IMG/VR virus record: IMGVR_UViG_2778261088_000010
Span: 1 to 32,475 of that record
DNA: 32,475 nucleotides
Source of the DNA: a virus
Lineage: Duplodnaviria; Heunggongvirae; Uroviricota; Caudoviricetes
Strand: one strand, 5' to 3'
Of the stretch, positions 27,415 to 32,475 are shown one piece after another. Position numbers and translations under genes: made by a program. The notes beneath the pieces are model-generated. The model saw nothing but the letters and a program-made list of their open reading frames with translations, searched no databases and was not told the origin of the DNA. Position 1 is the stretch's first letter; each line of letters begins with the position of its first letter.

Positions 27415-27777
27415 ATGGCTAGTGAACGCAGTACTGATGTGCAGGCATTTATCGGGGAGCTGGACGGCGGCGTATTTGAAACCAAAATCGGCGCAGTTCT
27501 AAGTGAAGTCGCTTCCGGTGTGATGAACACGAAAACCAAAGGGAAGGTCTCACTCAATCTGGAAATCGAACCGTTTGATGAGAACCGTGTGAAAATCAAA
27601 CACAAACTCTCATATGTTCGCCCGACTAACCGCGGGAAAATTTCCGAAGAAGACACCACCGAAACGCCGATGTATGTCAATCGCGGTGGTCGCCTGACTA
27701 TTCTGCAGGAAGACCAGGGACAATTACTGACTCTTGCCGGTGAACCTGACGGAAAACTCCGCGCAGCTGGTCGTTAA
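27415..27777 (+). CDS. Hypothetical early protein (YfdP-like, 120 aa)
   Basis: A strong RBS (GAGGAG) lies 6 nt before the ATG at 27415. The track's longer N-terminal extension has no RBS and is rejected. Size and neighbourhood match the yfdP-yfdQ-yfdR arrangement of cryptic prophage CPS-53 as I recall it. Confidence 0.55.
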   Translation: MASERSTDVQAFIGELDGGVFETKIGAVLSEVASGVMNTKTKGKVSLNLEIEPFDENRVKIKHKLSYVRPTNRGKISEEDTTETPMYVNRGGRLTILQEDQGQLLTLAGEPDGKLRAAGR

Positions 27778-27842
27778 TATCGTTTTTAATAAACTGATTA
27801 TTTATCTCATCACTGAATATCTTTATATAGTGAGGACTTATT

Positions 27843-28667
27843 ATGTCTCAGAACTTAGACGCAACCGCAATTAATCAAATCCATGCCCTTATTTCTGCTC
27901 AGGGTGTTAATGAAATTATCAGTAAGATTGGTGCCGATGCTGTGGCATTGCCTGAGAACTTCCGCATTCATGATCTGGAAAAATTTAATTTAAATCGCTT
28001 CCGTTTCCGTGGTGCGCTTTCCACTGCCAGCATCGATGACTTTACCCGTTATTCTAAAGATCTTGCAAATGAAGGCACCCGCTGCTTTATCGATGCCGAT
28101 AATATGCGTGCCGTCAGTGTGCTTAACCTGGGTACTATTGATGAACCAGGTCACGCAGATAACACCGCCACTCTCAAACTGAAAAAGACAGCACCGTTCT
28201 CTGCTCTGTTGTCTGTTAACGGCGAGCGTAACTCCCAGAAGTCACTGGCAGAATGGATTGAAGACTGGGCCGACTACCTTGTAGGCTTTGATGCTAATGG
28301 TGACGCTATTCAGGCAACAAAAGCGGCTGCGGCTGTCCGTAAAATCACGATTGAAGCAAACCAGACCGCTGATTTTGAAGATAATGACTTCAGCGGAAAA
28401 CGCTCCCTGATGGAGTCTGTCGAAGCGAAGACCAAAGATATTATGCCAGTGGCATTTGAATTTAAATGCGTTCCGTTTGAAGGTCTGAAAGAACGTCCGT
28501 TTAAATTACGCCTCAGCATTATCACTGGCGATCGTCCTGTACTGGTTCTGCGCATTATTCAGTTGGAAGCAGTCCAGGAAGAAATGGCTAACGAATTTCG
28601 TGATCTGCTTGTTGAGAAATTCAAAGACAGCAAAGTAGAAACCTTTATTGGTACTTTCACCGCCTGA
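27843..28667 (+). CDS. Hypothetical protein (YfdQ-like, 274 aa)
   Basis: A 274-aa ORF; length and neighbourhood fit YfdQ of CPS-53 (from memory). Confidence 0.6.
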   Translation: MSQNLDATAINQIHALISAQGVNEIISKIGADAVALPENFRIHDLEKFNLNRFRFRGALSTASIDDFTRYSKDLANEGTRCFIDADNMRAVSVLNLGTIDEPGHADNTATLKLKKTAPFSALLSVNGERNSQKSLAEWIEDWADYLVGFDANGDAIQATKAAAAVRKITIEANQTADFEDNDFSGKRSLMESVEAKTKDIMPVAFEFKCVPFEGLKERPFKLRLSIITGDRPVLVLRIIQLEAVQEEMANEFRDLLVEKFKDSKVETFIGTFTA

Positions 28668-28794
28668 TTTCATTGCTGCAAATGCCCCTGCGGGGGCATT
28701 TATGGAAACGTAATTGACTCAACAATCGCCTGATGGCGAGGGCTTCCTTTTACCCGAATTCAGCGCGGTGCAGCGCATATACGTGGAGAACAAA

Positions 28795-29331
28795 ATGTCA
28801 TTTATTAAAACTTTTTCCGGGAAGCATTTTTATTATGACAAGATAAATAAAGACGACATCGTGATTAACGATATCGCGGTTTCCCTTTCAAATATCTGCC
28901 GCTTTGCCGGTCATCTTTCTCACTTCTACAGCGTCGCCCAACATGCGGTGCTTTGCAGCCAGCTGGTGCCGCAGGAATTTGCTTTTGAAGCGTTAATGCA
29001 TGATGCAACAGAAGCGTATTGCCAGGACATCCCCGCACCACTGAAACGCCTTCTTCCTGACTATAAACGGATGGAAGAAAAAATAGACGCAGTAATCCGT
29101 GAGAAATACGAGTTGCCCCCGGTTATGAGTACGCCTGTGAAATATGCCGATCTAATCATGCTGGCAACCGAACGCCGTGATCTCGGGCTTGATGATGGCT
29201 CTTTCTGGCCTGTACTGGAAGGTATCCCGGCAACAGAGATGTTCAAAGTTATTCCACTGGCACCGGGCCATGCCTACGGGATGTTTATGGAACGCTTTAA
29301 CGAGTTATCAGAGTTACGCACATACGCATGA
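28795..29331 (+). CDS. HD-domain phosphohydrolase (YfdR-like, 178 aa)
   Basis: His and His-Asp motifs are present (VAQHAV...LMHDATEA), typical of HD-domain nucleotidases. A GGAG RBS precedes the ATG at 28795. Confidence 0.7.
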   Translation: MSFIKTFSGKHFYYDKINKDDIVINDIAVSLSNICRFAGHLSHFYSVAQHAVLCSQLVPQEFAFEALMHDATEAYCQDIPAPLKRLLPDYKRMEEKIDAVIREKYELPPVMSTPVKYADLIMLATERRDLGLDDGSFWPVLEGIPATEMFKVIPLAPGHAYGMFMERFNELSELRTYA

Positions 29332-29365
29332 GTCTTTCAACTGTACAACCGCTGGAGGGGAAGCA

Positions 29366-29560
29366 ATGAACAACTTAATGACAACAAAACAAGTCGCCGA
29401 ATTCTGTGGCGTTTCAATATCGACGGTTCTTCGCTGGAACAGCGTAAACAGGAGAACTGGCCAGAAATACAGGCCTGACTTTCCAGATCCTGATATTAAA
29501 TCCTGCCCAAATAAATGGGCATCACGCAAGATATACAGGTTTGCTGGTGTTATTGAATAA
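29366..29560 (+). CDS. xis: Excisionase / AlpA-family small DNA-binding protein
   Basis: A 64-aa product (MNNLMTTKQVAEFCGVSISTVLRW...) with an HTH core and a strong RBS (GGAGGGG). It lies upstream of the integrase. Confidence 0.6.
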   Translation: MNNLMTTKQVAEFCGVSISTVLRWNSVNRRTGQKYRPDFPDPDIKSCPNKWASRKIYRFAGVIE

Positions 29561-29806
29561 TGTGTCTTAGCTCAGATGTGAACAGACACATTTAGAACAC
29601 AGAGTTAAATCTAATCTGACGGTCTAATCTCTATCAAAAACAGACGATTATTGTGTGACTTTTATTGATAAATTTAGCTGGCGTTTAATTCTGCAATACT
29701 GAAGATAAAACGTTCATTTTGCTTAAAAATCCACCTCATAAGCATGACATAACAGAAAAGAAATGTTACATTTGAGGATTGTTTATCAATAAAAATTGGG
29801 GACTGT

Positions 29807-31102
29807 ATGAAGCAAAATAGTACAATTTCGTCTGTTTTTAAGATATCACGAGATCTTCCCGAAAACTATGTCATTAGAAAAGATATAGATGATAAATTCA
29901 TTGAGGCACTGACTCAAGAAACACATGTCGTAATTTATGGCAGCTCAAAACAAGGTAAAACATCCTTAAGAAAAAAGAATCTTCTTCCAGAAGATTATAT
30001 CGATATTACATGTTCAAACACTTGGAAACTGGAAGATATTCACGTTGCAATTTTAAAAAAAATTGGCTATCAAGTTTCAACTTCACAATCCAAAACCTTA
30101 AAAGGCTCAGCTAAGGTAAAAATAGGAATAAATATTCCTTTCATTCATAAAACATCACTTGATTTAACTGGGGATGCTGCAAAAACGATTAATAAAAAAA
30201 ATATTGAATTAGATCCTGGGGATGTCAATGACATAATTACTTCTTTAGAAGAGGTCAATTTCAATAAAATTATTGTTATCGAAGACTTTCACTATCTTCC
30301 AGAACAAACGCAAATTGATTTCTCTGTGGCATTAAAAGCCTTTCATGAATCATCTAAACTTTGTTTTATTATTGTTGGAGTATGGCTGGAAGAGGATAAA
30401 CTAACAACATTTAATGGTGACTTAGCAGGAAGAGTTGTTTCCATTAATGCTGACCGCTGGGAGAAAGAAGACGTATATAAACTATTTGAGAATAGCGAGA
30501 AGTTACTTAACATTAAATTTGATGAAAAATTTAAATCAGATATTATTGAAAAATGTAATGGAAGTATTTTTTTAGTTCAACAGTTATGTTTTAAAGCATG
30601 TGAATTAGAACAGATAAATAATAGCCAAGGTGAACTTAAGATTGTAGGTAAAAATTTTTTAGTTGAAGATGAAATAAAAAAACTAATCAATGAACAATAC
30701 TCAAGATATTTCAAATTTTTAACCGATTTTAGCTGTGGATTTGATCAGACCTCACTTGAATTATACAAATGGATTTTGTATGTTCTGATTACTGTTGAAC
30801 AACGTTATCTTGAAATAGGTGTGCCTGAGGCTGCTATTAGGCGGTTAATTCAAGAAAAACACCCTAAAAAAACAGAAGTTTCACAAAAAAAATTAAGACA
30901 GGCGCTACGAAAGTCTGTTGATCTCCAAGTAAAAATATCTATTAAACCTATTGTTTTTGAGTTTGACTCCAGTTCATCCAGAATTAAGATAGTTGATAGA
31001 CCATTTATATTATGGCGATCGTATCAAAATCAAGATGATCTATACGGATACGCAGATCTATCAGATGATTTAAAAACCAATATTATTACTACTGGATATT
31101 AA
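29807..31102 (+). CDS. P-loop NTPase (AAA-like ATPase) of unknown function in an AT-rich island
   Basis: Walker A (VVIYGSSKQGKTSL) and Walker B (KIIVIEDFHYL) motifs are present. The gene is very AT-rich, with AT-rich flanks, and is inserted between xis and int. Confidence 0.7.
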   Translation: MKQNSTISSVFKISRDLPENYVIRKDIDDKFIEALTQETHVVIYGSSKQGKTSLRKKNLLPEDYIDITCSNTWKLEDIHVAILKKIGYQVSTSQSKTLKGSAKVKIGINIPFIHKTSLDLTGDAAKTINKKNIELDPGDVNDIITSLEEVNFNKIIVIEDFHYLPEQTQIDFSVALKAFHESSKLCFIIVGVWLEEDKLTTFNGDLAGRVVSINADRWEKEDVYKLFENSEKLLNIKFDEKFKSDIIEKCNGSIFLVQQLCFKACELEQINNSQGELKIVGKNFLVEDEIKKLINEQYSRYFKFLTDFSCGFDQTSLELYKWILYVLITVEQRYLEIGVPEAAIRRLIQEKHPKKTEVSQKKLRQALRKSVDLQVKISIKPIVFEFDSSSSRIKIVDRPFILWRSYQNQDDLYGYADLSDDLKTNIITTGY

Positions 31103-31213
31103 TGCATAATTAGCGTAGGCCTGTAAATATAATACTATCCCATACCAAAATAGATATAATTAGTTATGTAGATGACCTCCCTTTGGTGAAAACAAGCTAA
31201 TTATCCTCACTAC

Positions 31214-31249
31214 TTTGAATAAAGTGCCCGCTTCTCGTTTAAGGCGGGC
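31214..31249 (-). terminator. Hairpin plus U-rich tract downstream of int
   Basis: On the minus strand the hairpin GCCCGC-(12 nt)-GCGGGC starts 3 nt after the int stop and is followed by ACTTTATTC. Confidence 0.4.
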
Positions 31250-31251
31250 TG

Positions 31252-32475
31252 TCAGTTAGAGTCTGAATTAGTACAAGTAACAATCGATTCAACTCTCTCC
31301 CACCATGCCTGGTAGGCTTTACGCTGTTCTTCTAGATAATCGCTCTTGTCATAAACTTGCCATACCCCTGGCAGTTTATGACCTAGCATTATTTCTGCAA
31401 TATGAGGCGCAGTAAGATCAGAAAAGTTTGTTCGTGCTGTTCGCCTCAAATCATGAAGAGACCAATGAGGGAATTGATACCCCAAACGCCGCCATGCGTA
31501 CTGCATTAAATTGTAAGGCAGCGACTGCAATGATGTCCGACCAACGGGTTCCCTGCTTCCTTCCTTAGTAAAAAGCATATCGGAACCATTGTTCATAGAA
31601 ATAGCGTACTTTATAAGCTCTTCAACCGGTTCAATAATGGGCCGCTTTAGCGGTTCGCCCGTTATCTCCCCAGTCTTATGTCGTTCTGGTGGTACAGTCC
31701 ATACTTTATTAATGAAATCAAAATCGTCCACCCTGGCGGTAATTAGCTCTGAACTACGGCAGCCAAAATGCAGCAATAGTTTAATGAAGGCCCGGTATTT
31801 AGGAACCATTCGAGAACCATCGATCGCAGCATAAAGGATTTTAATTTCATCATGTGTCAGAAACCGTTTCTTCTGACCTTTACGGATATCCATATCTTTA
31901 CCCGTGATATCCGACAGCGGGCGAGTTTCAATGAGCTTTCTCTTATACGCCCAGACATGGGCCTGCTTTGCGTTAATTAGCAATCGGTCTGCTATTGCTG
32001 GAGTCTTAGTGCTAAGAGGCTCCAGGACTTCTAACCAATCATGCAATGTAGCTGCATCGTGAGGGATATTCCCGATTTTAGAGAACAGGTGCAGCTCAAA
32101 CGAGCGGAGTATCTGTTCAGAGCCTTTTTTATTTTTTACACAATATGCTTCATACCAGGCACGGATCACAGACTCTACCGTCATGGCTTCAGTAGCTTTT
32201 CGTTTTTCAGCCTGCTTGACCAATCGTGGATTACGGTTTGACTCGAGTTCACCACGGAGACGGATAACTTCTTCTCTGGCCTCTTTTAATCCAGTTGCCG
32301 GGTAAGTTCCGATATCAAGACGCTCACCTTTCCCTGCCCATTGATAACGATATTGGAACACTACGCGACCTTTCGGTGATACTCTGACAGACAGACCATC
32401 ACGATCGGATTTAACCAAAACCTTATCACGTTCCTTTCCAACGACTGAACGCAACCACGCATCAGACAGCGCCAT
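31252..32475 (-). CDS. int: Tyrosine integrase, P4-type
   Basis: A 407-aa product. The N-terminus fits the P4-integrase arm-binding domain pattern (GLSVRVSPKGRVVFQYRYQWAGKGERLDIGTYP). The C-terminus has the catalytic LHDLRRTARTN (HxxR) box and a candidate catalytic Tyr. The start codon is the last triplet of the window. Confidence 0.9.
   Translation of the reverse strand: MALSDAWLRSVVGKERDKVLVKSDRDGLSVRVSPKGRVVFQYRYQWAGKGERLDIGTYPATGLKEAREEVIRLRGELESNRNPRLVKQAEKRKATEAMTVESVIRAWYEAYCVKNKKGSEQILRSFELHLFSKIGNIPHDAATLHDWLEVLEPLSTKTPAIADRLLINAKQAHVWAYKRKLIETRPLSDITGKDMDIRKGQKKRFLTHDEIKILYAAIDGSRMVPKYRAFIKLLLHFGCRSSELITARVDDFDFINKVWTVPPERHKTGEITGEPLKRPIIEPVEELIKYAISMNNGSDMLFTKEGSREPVGRTSLQSLPYNLMQYAWRRLGYQFPHWSLHDLRRTARTNFSDLTAPHIAEIMLGHKLPGVWQVYDKSDYLEEQRKAYQAWWERVESIVTCTNSDSN

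Overview
This window is an almost complete lambda-like (lambdoid) prophage of an enterobacterial host, lying in inverted orientation. From left to right: tail genes L (partial), M, H, G/GT, V, U, Z, FII; a ClpP-type protease-capsid fusion; portal, W, large and small terminase; a cos-like site; a serine-protease moron and an amber-interrupted rha; the lysis cassette Rz/Rz1-R-S; Q; a nin-like region (DUF968, KilA-N, RusA, adenine methyltransferase); a replication gene with internal iteron-like repeats; the cro/cI immunity region; a leftward early operon (yfdP/yfdQ/yfdR-like, excisionase); and a P4-type integrase whose start codon sits at the window edge. Two markedly AT-rich insertions interrupt this backbone and are the best candidates for an undescribed accessory or defence system. 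The first is a tightly coupled three-gene cassette (17837-19564) between Q and the holin, encoded antisense to the late operon. The second is a single 431-aa P-loop NTPase gene (29807-31102) between the excisionase and the integrase. No rRNA, tRNA or CRISPR array was found. All homology calls rest on reading the translations and recalled lambda or E. coli prophage proteins; no database search was run, and GC contrasts are by eye.
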